A stretch of DNA of 64,000 nt from Phoronis australis (taxonomy: Eukaryota; Animalia; Phoronida), in the NCBI GenBank assembly GCA_002633005.1, contig NMRA01000148.1, positions 434,001 through 498,000 on the forward strand, in the 5' to 3' direction. How positions within the stretch are numbered: the first letter of the stretch is position 1; each line of letters opens with the position of its first letter. Under the pieces are notes generated by a model, which saw only the letters and a program-made list of their open reading frames with translations, did not search any database and was not told the DNA's origin. Shown here in pieces: positions 32,701 through 45,300 of this stretch. Made by a program: the position numbers and the translations under genes.

Positions 32701-33188
32701 TCTCTATTGTGTTGGTAGGGAATGGGGTAACTAGCCCTCTAGTTGACTAGTAAATGATTGGGTTGTGGCTTGAATTTTCACGTGTGCTAGGTCCCTCTTC
32801 TCTAGACAACTTAATGTAATATTGTACATGTTGTTAGAAGTAGATTTCTCTTGCTCAAGCAAATCTTAAGTTATAACTCAAGAAACTGGAATTAAGTATT
32901 TGACAATCAAATCTTTTCATTCTTCAGGGTTATGGTTCTATTGAGATACCACCAGAGGCCAAGCCAGGTGTAGTACCATCAATGTACACTGGTCACCCAT
33001 CGTATGCTTACCCCAAAGACCGGTCATTTTCTCAGGACAGGGGCTACCCTGGCACAGAGGGATACCCTGCCATCATCAAAGAAGCACCCACGTACCCCGC
33101 AGGTGCACCTCCTGTGGAGATGACAGGATGTGGGGCACCTGCACCCACAGGCTTCACGGGATACCAGAAATATGCTATGTTTCAGTGA
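26688..33188 (+). CDS. Uncharacterised 263-aa protein with DUF4476/PROSER1 N-terminal-like domain and P/G/Y-rich tail (7 exons)
   Basis: Exons 26688-26747, 27733-27801, 29000-29068, 30307-30401, 31577-31676, 32254-32391, 32928-33188; all GT-AG, total 792 nt in frame. N-terminus MTKEAMIDNSFEILMARINQETGSPDTKMEILFKSKGHFDAEKATRVLYAFASPAHKVRAMQVMEPRLVRMSCAEARSILGAVSIHNDKLIILDCIKRCLTD...AFPYEDDKRKALRILD aligns by eye with the PROSER1 N-terminus as I recall it (SFE..GYF..F..KAM..IL..DKL..KRILE). Confidence 0.82.
27733..27801 (+). CDS. DUF4476-like gene exon 2
   Basis: tttacag|ETGSPDTKMEILFKSKGHFDAEK|gtaggt. Confidence 0.82.
29000..29068 (+). CDS. DUF4476-like gene exon 3
   Basis: tttccag|ATRVLYAFASPAHKVRAMQVMEP|gtaagt. 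Confidence 0.82.
29133..29589 (+). mobile_element. Kolobok-type family A copy
   Basis: TTAA|GGTTATGTAGAACC..AACTTCTGAACATCATATTTCAGAAATGGC, shared with the 38256 and 56839 copies; decayed right TIR ending TACATAATC. Confidence 0.7.
30307..30401 (+). CDS. DUF4476-like gene exon 4
   Basis: ttttag|RLVRMSCAEARSILGAVSIHNDKLIILDCIKR|gttggt. Confidence 0.82.
31577..31676 (+). CDS. DUF4476-like gene exon 5
   Basis: tttcag|CLTDCQMRMGQEFILSAFPYEDDKRKALRILDT|gtaagt. Confidence 0.84.
32254..32391 (+). CDS. DUF4476-like gene exon 6
   Basis: tgtcag|VRSDVANLTPAGGHQGYAALGGLYTQARPMDPHLYGSIPEQRKTIP|gtaagt. Confidence 0.84.
32928..33188 (+). CDS. DUF4476-like gene terminal exon, P/G/Y-rich
   Basis: cttcag|GYGSIEIPPEAKPGVVPSMYTGHPSYAYP...PTGFTGYQKYAMFQ*; contains ORF 32982-33188. 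Confidence 0.85.
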   Translation, partial: GYGSIEIPPEAKPGVVPSMYTGHPSYAYPKDRSFSQDRGYPGTEGYPAIIKEAPTYPAGAPPVEMTGCGAPAPTGFTGYQKYAMFQ

Positions 33189-34870
33189 GACGGTTATCAA
33201 ATTTGTTGATACAATCATATCTCCAGACGTTGGATTCCTTGACAAGCACTTTGTCAGAAATGTTTCATAATCATATGGATGGAATTTGCAAACTTTTATG
33301 AGTCTGATCCCTGCACTGGATCTATATTTCCATGCCTGTTCAAGATTTACACATTCATGTAATGAATATGAATTGTTACAAAATTTAAGTGGCTGTGGTA
33401 AAAATTTGCATAACTGCTTCATTTCCATGGTGAAGATGCCTGCATTTGTTTTTAGAAGATTTTTTGTATATTCTGTTAAAATTATTCACACATTTCTTCC
33501 GAATTCCTATGATTGCCAGAAGATTTAATGTTTAGTACTATTGCTCATTGTGTACTATATTGTATATAAATATGTGTTAGTGTAGTCCTTGGTTCAAATT
33601 TGGCTTGTAATCATTTTAGTTGCCTGAATATTCATGTTTGACATGTATCTCATACTAGACTGTTGCAATGTCTGTGTTTCAACTAACTTGTTTTAAAATC
33701 ACGTTATCGGGTGCATCTACTTTTAAACATTTTAGAAAATTAATGTTAACTGACTGTTTCTACCAGGTGAATGGATAAATTATCAGGTTATTTGTCTTTT
33801 GCTAAGCACAAGATCATCATGCGTGTAGTTTTTTGTATTATCATTGTACAGTGTATGTGCCAAATATAACAGAACACACTGACATCATGTGGTTATGTTG
33901 GTCAGGCTTTAAAGTAGCTATGAACCTGGTTTTGGCTGTTGAAGAAACAAAACGTTTGCTTTACATCCTTTATAACAATAAGTTTGATTATCAACTTGTT
34001 CCTTACTCAGATGGGCAATAACTTGATCTATGGAAGAACTGAGTGTTTGCGATAGTGATAGACACTCGACAAAGAGTTACAATTCTTGACTTATTTAATA
34101 AGTTCAATTCTATATCGTTTAATTTCTCCACAAAAGTGAAGATCAAAAGCATCTTAATGCATTACATACATGGGTTCTAGTGAATAGATGTCAGAAAACA
34201 ACATTTGGTGAATCTCCCATTTGGTAAAAGGGTAATCAGCCTTAGAGAAATGGATAAATGTCCATTTTGGCAGTTCTTTTTGAGCAAAATTAGTAACAAA
34301 ATTAGTCGCCTGATCTCCAGCCATAATATACTCTATGTTTTTCCACAAGCCCAGGACTTGTCTTCTGAGTAAGCAACAAGTTAAGATCACGTTAGCAAGG
34401 GTATGTGCCCAAAACAAAAAGTTATCTTTTAATGGAAGGGTGATGTACAGCCGCTTTAAATATTTGAATAATCCAACACCACCACCGATTGCATGTTCAA
34501 TTCACCTCTGAATAGCCATGTTTTGTTTTTTTGCATAAGTCTGGATGATTAATTTGCAACTAGTATGCCAAAAATTTTGTTAATTCTTTGCAATGATAAT
34601 TATGTGATGGATCTTTAAAGCAGTATCTGACCTAGTACATTTCACACAAATATTTTAAGCAATTGTAAACCTGTAAATTTTTTGATACGAAACATCAATA
34701 AGGCACAAAAGCTTGAAATTTATAAAGCACTAAAATATCTATATTAGATGTCGCTGGGCTTGGGAGTGAATCTCAATCAAAAACTGAAAAGTGGAATGGT
34801 AGTTACCGAAAATGCCATTAGACAAAACATCGTACAATTGAAATTCACCAGTGTAAAATTGATCGCTTCA

Positions 34871-34876
34871 TTTATT
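34871..34876 (-). promoter_or_regulatory. Candidate KSR polyadenylation signal (would give a 3' UTR of about 4.3 kb)
   Basis: TTTATT on + (AATAAA on -) near the end of a long stretch that is U/GU-rich on the minus strand. Confidence 0.35.
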
Positions 34877-37800
34877 CAAATGTAGTTGACTATATACAGG
34901 TAGAATTTACACAGTATTGCACAAGCTTCATTTTATACATATATAATCCTGTCAGACCCCGTGACAGTAAACCACACCAACATGACTCAAAACACAAATT
35001 ACACACACACGATACACAAAACAGAAATGTAACATTTCAATGACTACAATCAAAATTCTCCAACAGTGCCTTACAGTACTTGAAACTTACTTACTTGAAA
35101 CACATTCTACGCAGTGACCTTGCTTTTTTCTCAACACTTCAGAGGACCCTAGCAGTTACGTATTTCTTCATTGATAGACCAGAAAATGAACAATCTACGA
35201 TAAATTCAAAGTTGGACAAAAAGATGGGTGGAAATTTACCCTGAATGTTTTTTGCAATTTTTGCACTACACAAAACATAATAGAATACTGACGAAGCTAT
35301 AACAGTCCAGAATTACACCACATATTAGATTACAAATTTATTTCTACGCAAATGGGCAAAATAACAAATGTACAGCAAGTAGTTGATGCTCACACGCTCC
35401 TTGATTTTTGGTTACGAAAATGACCTGAAACCTTTTTGGCAAAAAAAATGGCAAAACTTGTAACCCCAACAATCCCAACAACGTGTAAAAATATTCGCCA
35501 ACAGCAACGAGTAGGATTTACCATTAAAATCAGATGACTGGATTGCTTACTGACCCAACGAACACCATCTACCATGCCATCACCAGTAATCATTGTCACA
35601 ATCTTTAAGCATTCCAACAGCATAGTCTGCCACAAATGTACATTCACTGTCTCAAAAATGAGAAAAAAATGAGGCAGCAATTTTCCAAGTATTTTGCCCA
35701 TAAAATAGACGAGTGAAATTTCTATTTTTCATTAAAATTAAATGGGACTTACTCAATAACTCAGTAATGAACATACCCTCTACTGTCTAGATGTAATAAA
35801 ATAGCTTCCAATTTCAGAGTGGCCTATCAAAGTATTGTCAGGAAATTATCAAACTACATGTGTAGCAATTTAACAATAAATCATTTACCAGGAATGTGTT
35901 ACATATTGTAAGGCACTGGTGACACATGGCAAGAAAAACTAATTCTCCCATAAGCCAACATTCTAGCCTCATTTGCATATTGTACCAGTGGTGGTCATTT
36001 TGATAGTGTACACAAGTACGTCTCTGTACTTCCTCCCAAAATACTGACCTTTCACTCACATGAATTCACATCACCTTGCATGATCTGGCCAAACTTACAA
36101 GAAATTTACGCTATGAAACCCAGACCTAGATTGGTTTTGATTGAAACATGGTATTCATTGGGTCAACAAAAATCGTCAATCCGTAATCTGTTTGCATGAT
36201 CTGAAGTCCATACCAGTTATCAAATCATGAGACACGTTCTGCTGTCGACATGAACATGGACCAAAGTTGCCTCATCAAATTTGATTTAATCCGTGAAACC
36301 TACAGTAAATATTCTTCAATTTGGGACCAAAATCTTTGCTAAAACTGAAACGTGTCTATTTTTCAGAGATTTACCACATTGGCGCAAATGTTCAAAATTT
36401 TACCAAATGTCATTTGGTAATAGCTAAGCCATGAAGACCATGCTAAAAGCAAACTTTTCCCAGGGGTTATTTTTGTTAAGAAATTTGAAAAAATAAAATA
36501 TTATGCCCCAAACTAAACAATTTTTACCATAATCAATTATTTTGCAGTCGCACAAGAACAGGCTCAACAAATGAGCCATTTCGAAGACTCTTAGACGACA
36601 GACGATACAGGCAGTGAGGCTTGTTACCAGCCATCATTCAACATTCTAATCACATAACCACACATTGAATAACAAACTAAAAATACCTTGCAGGTTAACA
36701 CTGACCAATGAAGATGTCTGACAAGGTTCCAGACCTGTCAGATACTAAACATATACAAAACACTGACCTTGGTAATCACAACAATTTGGGGACCACGGCT
36801 AAGAAATATTATGATGCATGAGTACAAGCACTTGGAGCACAACTGTAATGTGACAGGTTATTCTAAGCTGAGAAATTCTGCACTAATATGACATCCAGGT
36901 TACATGAAATATTCCCGAGAGATAAATTACTAAATCATACACATTTTTCATCCTAAAAATGCAAACCTAGATTGTCCAAAAATGGTGCTACCATTTCAGG
37001 GCTCTTGTTCACCTGAGGGGAAAGGTGCATGTGGCTTCAGAGGGGAAAATCCACCCTCATCACCACCAATACCACTTCCCTAACCCTGTCGCCACCCCTT
37101 ATCGACTCTGCCTAAAGTAACCAAATTTCAAATCGTTGCCGGTGTGGGTTGAAAGTGATTTTAACCTCAAGTGGAATTTCTTGATCACTTGCAGGGAATT
37201 TTTGAGTCTGACGAGGGCAATTCCGCATGTTTTTTTATATCTTTCAAAGATGAATAGGACCAATAAGCTGAATATTTAGTTAATTCAAATGCTGGCCACT
37301 GGCAGCTTAGTAATATATCTTGTGTTAACCCCTGGAAAAATATACTTATATAATATATAATGTATAAATATTATCACTTTTTACTAAGAATGACCAGCGT
37401 ACACAGATAAGCACTTGCAAGAGAAAAACATGGATAACTCAAACTCTAGTCACCAAGAAACAGGTCAGGGATTCCGAACTCAGACTCAAATTAAGACTCG
37501 AAACTTAACAAATAAGAATCAAGTTGAGAACAAATTCACAAGTTTACTCCAAGCATGCCATGCAACTGGAAATTTTCGAGTCGAGTTTGGAGTAGAGAGG
37601 ACTCTGGGTGCAGGAGTCGACAACATAACTTGGAATCTTACCAAGTTTAGAACAGCACCAACAGGGACTATAGCAGCACTCTGACGAGTACGAGATACGT
37701 AAACATTACCACAATGCACCAGTTATAACGCTAGAGGAAAAACGACCACTCTCTAATACTGCCGATACAACAGCATACACGTTGATCAGGACAAGAGCCG

Positions 37801-38255
37801 ATTTTTACTATAGGGATAAAAAATGGACCAAATTATATACAACTCGCCTACAAAACAAAATCACCGGGTATTTTGAGGCAAGACGCAGCAAAGAATTGTT
37901 ACACGAAAAGTAAATGTACTATCCGCATTGTCAAATTAAGAAATTATTATCCATAAAGAATACAATAGAAGACACTTACAATGTCAGCCCTTAGTGCATT
38001 CATATTTGCACAGAAAATGCAACTTATATTCTCATAGGCAAAAGAGAAACTAACACAAAAGTCCCACACAACTCAATGGCAATTTTCTCACTTGCCTCTG
38101 AAGACGGAAGTTACATTCTTACCTGACTTGTCAAACTCGTTTGTAGGTGTGACCATTATAACCAAGCAATGAACATTAATAAGCACTGAGGACCTTCCAC
38201 ATCACAGCACAGGCTTTATATCTTGCAATTCAAGTGATCTCAAAAGCCATGTTAA

Positions 38256-38480
38256 GGTTATGCAGGACCCCAGAAAAATGTCCAAATTTGTCGAACTTCA
38301 GAACATCATATTTCAGAAATGGCCGACCAGATTCACACGAAACTTTTAGGTACTATACTTTATACACTGTACCCCAAAACTATTTAGGAATTGTTTTTAA
38401 AATGGTCCACTTATGCATAAAGGGGCAACAAAAGGGACTTTTATGAATCTTAAGAAACAATGTCGTATGTTGCATAAAAT
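38256..38480 (+). mobile_element. Kolobok-type family A partial copy, in the KSR 3' UTR region
   Basis: TTAA|GGTTATGCAGGACC..AACTTCAGAACATCATATTTCAGAAATGGC; right limit approximate. Confidence 0.65.
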
Positions 38481-39179
38481 GAATACTAAATGATAAGCGT
38501 CATCATACAATATCCAATTATTTTCGCACATTCCACACCAATTATCATTCTGTTCCTATTATTTCTCAATTCTCATGATAAACCAATGCTACAACTAGGT
38601 TGTAAAAGGTTAGTTCCATTATCCCTAATTACTATTTGAAGACGCTGACTCCTAATTTTGTTATTATTATCTTGCTCACTGCTATGGCCAAAACGCAAAA
38701 ACATTAAAGGATATGGAACGTCTCATTGTACCCCAGCCCAGCCCAATAGTTTAAAGAAGCCCCATGGCCCAGTCATTTGTCCAAATATCACCAGTTCAGA
38801 CTTAATTAGTCACGCTCTCTTTGACACAGAACAAATAAATATAGGTATTTCGCCATATCAAAATCCACAATCCTTAGCTTACAATCACATGTCAACAACC
38901 ACAAAGCAGCCATCTTTGTCTGACACAAATTGCATGACCTATAAGAGGTGGTTCATTGTCAAATTGATGACCATATGCGTTAAAAATCATTCGCTTACAA
39001 TCAATAGTATTCTTTAATTTTTTTACATCACCAGCTGGACTTATAGGCCATGCTGTTATAACGATTCTATAGGTGATGGCAGCGCGTGTCCCTTTTACTA
39101 GAATGAGCTGCTGGCAAAATACCAACCACACCCATAATAACGGAACAGGGGGTGTGGTCAGGAGAAAAAGTGGGCATGG

Positions 39180-39332
39180 TCAAAAGATGGATTCGGCGCT
39201 GCGCGACAGGTGCACGGGGTGTGATGGGCTACGTAACAGCCACTTCTTGGGCAGCTTCTCTAGTGTCTTCAGCAGACTGGAGAACGTAGGTCGATCGGAC
39301 ATCTTGTATGACCAACACGCCATCAGAATGTC
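39180..39332 (-). CDS. KSR2: KSR terminal exon
   Basis: [50 protein letters not shown]. Confidence 0.95.
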   Translation of the reverse strand, partial: DILMACWSYKMSDRPTFSSLLKTLEKLPKKWLLRSPSHPVHLSRSAESIF

Positions 39333-42300
39333 CTGAAAGTGAGAAGGATCGAATGTTGGCTACAATTACCATTGAAGACATCTTTTCAAGCTGACAACAA
39401 GCAAATGTACACTCTTTGTTCCTATTCAAACATCACAGGACGAAAGTAATCACAGGTAATGACTATTAAAGCCACCAAATTCAGAATACAGAATGGCTTA
39501 GCTCCCCTTTATTTTCCGTTGTGAGGGAAGGCTATTCTGACGATAAATTCAGCCTGCACCCTGCTGTCACGATGAGCAATTCAGGGTCATTTTGGCTGAA
39601 GGAATAATTTTGAATGCTACCATCATCCAAACACAGCACAAGACTCTCAAGAAGGTCATCTCTTCAATAAATTATCGAATGTCTTTACTAAACTAAAAAA
39701 ACCTTGTTCCAGGTCAGAGGGCCAGTTTTCCCACCTATACAATTTAGCCAAGGACGACTATGTGAATGGGTGCAAGAGACCGTACGACCAAAAATATGTT
39801 GAACAGTACTCTTTGCTATGATACTAGACAACATAAAGAACGTTGGTCAGGAGTAAAATTGCACCTTACCTTGACATCCTTGGACGCCTGCATGCTGGCC
39901 AGAGATTGCTTCATTCCCTTACCAACTTGCCAGATGACTGCCTCGGCAGGCTGGTTCTTGTACGGTCGTTCCCCACAGAGGAGCTCATACCAGACAGTGC
40001 TGGAAGATATAAAAGAAGTGATGGTTTGAGTCATGCCTTAACCACAAGGACTTTTCTTATTAGGTACGGATATAAACAAAGCAGTGATTTCAAATCTGGA
40101 ACATCAGCATCCCAAAGTGATACCAATTCAGTTTATTGTTTTACCTGAGCATGTAAAAAGTAAACAAATGAACTAGTTTATTTTTCATACTAACACAGAC
40201 TGTGTATCCAGGATCACAACAGATGTAGGTGCAACACTACAAGCACACAAAAATGGAAGGGCACATGGACCTGCAATCCCTGGATTCGCCTCTGATTCAC
40301 ACATGTTTAAAGGGATACTACTAAACCTTATTTTGGTGATTTCAACCAATCCTTGTTCTGTTCCCTGCTAATGGCATCCTAATGGCATCTCACTTGAGTT
40401 GCAAAAAAGGACAACAATATACTGGCTGAGCCTCAGAATAGATATTATGGTTCATGGATGAGTGGTACTTCCCTGCAATTGTCCGGTAACTTACCTAAAG
40501 CGGAGGTCACACTCACCCGTTAGCAAACTTGGTTACGAGTCTTTAAAATTTGCTTCAAACTTTTGGGGATGACAAGGGTTATAGAGCATTTTTTTGTTTT
40601 AGAAAGTTGGATGGGAAAGTCATTGCTAACATCTGTTACTGAGTCAAAACCAGGTTTAGTATCCCTTTAATTTTCAAGTACTAAAACACTGGCATCAAAA
40701 CCAGCAGCTGCAGGCACTCACCCAAAGGCATACACGTCCGACTCCTTGGTGAATGGCAGGTCGTCATCCTGTTTGCCCACCTGCAGGGATCTCATTATCT
40801 CGGGTGACAGGTAACACAGCCAGCCAGGTGGGATGGTAAGCCAATCACCTCGTCTGAAACAGGGTAACAGAAGTTAGCATAAGTACTATGGTAAAAAATT
40901 GAAAAGGCAGAAAATTAATTGCTTTGCTCAAGATTAGAACAAGTACCATACTTTAAAAATAAGTGATACTGGCTATCCCAAACTCAAGAATTATGATAAC
41001 TGACAAATATCACTCACTTTGGCATTAAACACTATGGGGACGCATGTAACCATTGCCACATCTATTTTTACACTCTGTTGATACAAAATGCAATGCTAGA
41101 AATTACCGTTTACCCAAATACTAAAACAACCACAGCTGTTAACGTGATATTCTCATGACAAATCATATTCATATGCAGTTTGCGTGAATTTACTTTGGCT
41201 ATTACGATACACAGTACGATAATAAGAGGCACACTTAGGTGATGGCTCTGAAAGAGAACAAAACTTCAAAATGAAATATCCACAGACATGTCCTTTATCA
41301 CAAATATAGCTAACCAATGTGAGAGTTACCTGTCGCCGTGACAAAGCTTAGTGAAGCTGAACAGACCAAAATCTGTTATGACGCACTTGCCGTTCTCAAT
41401 GAAGATATTTTTCGTCTTCAAATCCTTGTGCACGATTCCTTTAGCATGCAGATAACCCATACCCTACAAATGCAGAAGAATATGTCATATTATGCTTGTA
41501 TACAACATAACTGACTGGCAAATGTCTTCCTGTGACCAGTCATAACACATGTAAGAGAAAGAGAACGGCTGTCATGTGAATATATTGGCTTCAATCAGAA
41601 AATAGGCACAAATGTGTATTTATCTAATTTAACAAAATAAGAAACATGCTAAGTAAATAATTCAAACCCTGAATAGTAACTAAGTAAATGATTCAAACCC
41701 TGAATAGTAACTACAGGAAGAAGCACACAGACAGGACACCTACCATCATCAATCTATTTGAGATGCAGCTCAAAATTTACCAATCACACAAGAGTGAAAC
41801 TTGAAAAATCAACTTAAAAAAGCAGCGCAATTGGTCATTTTCAAATCTAAGTTCTCCACTTAAATTTGCCTTAGACCTCTATACTCAAAACGCCATTAAA
41901 AATTCACCAATTGCATGGCACAGTCTGTGTACTACATCCAACACAACTGCTTGAGATTCGAGTCTAAGAAGTGGAGTCTGAAATCTGAGATAAAACCCCA
42001 GGCCCTGGTCTTCATCACTTGTAGTGACCCAAAACCCTTGTTACCAATGCACAAAACAGACAGAAGAATAGTACACTGCCATCCTTTGATCCCACCAGCA
42101 GTCTTCAGACGGCCAACTCTACCTGAGCAATGTTTGAAGCAATGGAGACCATCTTGCCCCTGGCCACCTTTTCTCGCCGTATATGGATAATGGTGTATAA
42201 TGTCTGACCTTTACACAAACTGAAACACAGAACCAAATGGGATACATACCAGGTTGATCACCCGCAGCCCAAGCAGAGCCTACCACTCATAACGGGCAAC

Positions 42301-45300
42301 GACGTGCACCCTATCCAGGGCTCGTCATAACGAGCTGCAGGTCGCATTTGCGACCTGAAATTTGGAAACGAGTGCTGAGATTTTTGTCAGCTCGTATCAA
42401 ATCGCAAAATGCGACCTGGAATTTCCAACGAATGCGAGCTGAGTTTTTACACTTCTCGACAGATACCTGGCAAATACAAAACAGTATTGCTGATCCGACC
42501 GTAATTTGGTTGTTGCCAAATCCAAGTTCAAAAGAACACTAACTGAGAACATCCCTCCCAATGACTTGTAAGCAAGTCGCGTGAACATGGGATATGCAGA
42601 ATCGATCTTTGACGCGTTTCATTGGCTAACACTTTCGCAAATTTCCGGGTTCGCCAAAGAAAGTTTCGGGCCACTGCATAACACGTGATAAAACTTCACA
42701 AAACAACGGTGTTTCTACTAATTCTTAAGCATTCAACTTGCCAAACTTTGTGGTGGACAAATATGTTTATTTTTTCACATAAGATGTCCTTATTACATGT
42801 ACCAAATATCCACGACAATATCCCTGATATCGCACTGCGGCACTGTTGTTAGCGCGCAACCGGTCCCGGCAGACAATCGTGACTTAGAGATGTGCTTCTC
42901 GTTTTTATCGTACAAGACAGCCAAAGTGTAAATGACAACCTTATTAATCGTCAAACGACGGTCACGTCTTTACTTTCAGTTGCCAAGAAATTCTCAAACC
43001 CTTTACTTGTTTCTGGGGCTATGACGTGCGCGAAATATGATTTGTCTTTCACACGTTGTTGCCAACGTAAAGTGTAGGCCTACTCCAGCGATTCAAGTGC
43101 GTGAACTCATGCGTGCACACCACTTCAAAGATGCACATTAAAAGAGAACAGCGACAGTTCTAAATGAAAGAGTATACCGGCTTGGCTCTGGTTTATTTGG
43201 AAATGAACTCAGATTCCCAGCGGTTATAAAAGACCCGATGCCCCGGGACCGATATAACCCAGAACTGATATTTTCCTGTTCCGATGTATCCCGAGGTCGA
43301 TATTCTGTAAACCCTGTATTCTATGCCCATAGCCAGCTATTGCAACTAAACTGGCACTAGATGTGAAATTGTGGTTAGCGAACTTTTCATTCTTCTCTTT
43401 ACACACTCCCCCCATAGCAATTTTTCGCTTCCCGAACCACCGTCGCCGTAAAATGTTCAGACTCCTATAGAAAAAAACCTTGTTCCGGCTGAAGTGGGCA
43501 GTTACAAACAAAATCATTCCGGGTGGCTAAAAAGGTATAGTGTAGGTGGTAACCATATCCAGAAAGTCACCCCTACTAGATGGAGTTTGCCTCGCAAAAT
43601 CGTGTTATTATAACGTTTCTTACCATTGCAGCGTTTTAATATCTTATTACCGCAATCACTCAGGTTAACAACTATGCTCACGCACAAGCCTACTCCTACC
43701 TTTGAAGTGTTTCATAATAAGCGCTCACTGATCTATACAAGTCCCCCCTTAAATTTTGAGAATTTCCAATTAAGTGCCCACAGTTCAGGCTAGCGCCCAT
43801 CACAGTGCACTACAAACGATCGCCTGTGGTTTAAAATTGACACGAAGCTTATATGGTGTGTCACTTTCATTTCACACAACTTCAGTTTTCAAAAAACGTC
43901 TTTTCACAATATGTAAAAACCAAATTCTGGCTTTGTTTTATACCTCGGAAAGAAAGTTAACACTAGTGACATGCGTGTCGTTTCGTGACTGACCTATTTT
44001 TCCCGTACTTGGAAGGTGTTGAGGAGCAAACTCGCCCTTACCCGATGGAAACCCGCACGGAGGGAGACGGGAATTATTTCGAGGCTATTCATTTTATGGA
44101 AAAATAATTGTTGAGTACATAAACAGAATAAGTACAACATTTTTGTTGTGAAATTTGCACTGAATTGTTCCCACGCATCCAAATAAGTCATTCGGTTAGG
44201 GCATCGTTTCACAGATTTTTTTTAGATAGATGTTTTTCAAAGGTCGAGTTAAATTGCAAAATTTGGGCTGCAAAGAAAAAGTGGAGGGAATTTGCACACC
44301 GAGTTAGTTTGAATTGTTAACGACTTTGATGACAGCCAGTAGCAGGCCAGATCTAGCAAAATCCCGGATACTGAAGAACAGTAAGGCCGTACCTGCATGA
44401 ACGAAGTCAATTTTGAGATCCAAAATTTGTGAGTATTTAATGCTGCAGGTAAGAGCATAATCTAAACATTTTCTCGATGATCTAAAAAATCAATTTTGGT
44501 GCGTAAAAATGGCGGGAAAATTTTGCGACCTGGCATATATGAATGCGAGCTGGATTTTGAAAATGCGACCTGAAATTTTGGCTAGGTCGCAAAATGCGAC
44601 CTGGCAATTTTAATAGCGTCGAGCTCTGCTATCATTGTGATATCGACAGCCTCAAACTTAAAATAGCCACTACAATTGGTGCATTTTTCAGATTTAAATC
44701 GAAAGTTTCATGAATTGAGGCAACCCTCTTTTCTTCCTTTTTCCAATATGACTGTACAGAAAGCAATCACACACAGATTATATATAAGTGCTAAAGTTTA
44801 CTGCAAGGGAAGTACCCTCTGGAATCATTTTGAACGATGGCTTCTGTTACTCCCAAAAAGGCTTTCTCAAACCAGTGAGCAGTTTGTGAGGAGTCTTCAT
44901 GCTACTAAGAGAAACTATTAATGTTTGAACACTGGACAGACAGGAGTAGACATGATTGTGCTCTGAAAACACTCTATCCAGTTGCAAGGGTCCAGCTGAG
45001 TTGAAATGTCAATCATAATTGTCAGTATACATGTTACTAGAGGTACATTATAAATCTGCAGCAGGTACCACAATAGTTATCAAGTTTACCATGGTTCCTA
45101 ATCATGAGTTTTCACGAATATACGGTAAAGTCGCGTGATTTTCGGACGGCCCGCCATTTTCGACCAAGAATAAATATTTACGAAATGAGTTTTTCATAGT
45201 CCACGAAATTCGTACAAGGTCCAAAAACTGTTTTTCAAAGATCCTCGAATTTCGGACATTGTCATAAACATCAGAATTTTGTCCCGCGACTTTCGGACAA

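Noticed and set aside
32928-33188. Tail of the orphan protein as a PY-motif ligand of the neighbouring WW-domain ligase
   Set aside because: It contains APTY and HPSY but no PPxY or LPxY, and adjacency alone implies nothing in animal genomes.
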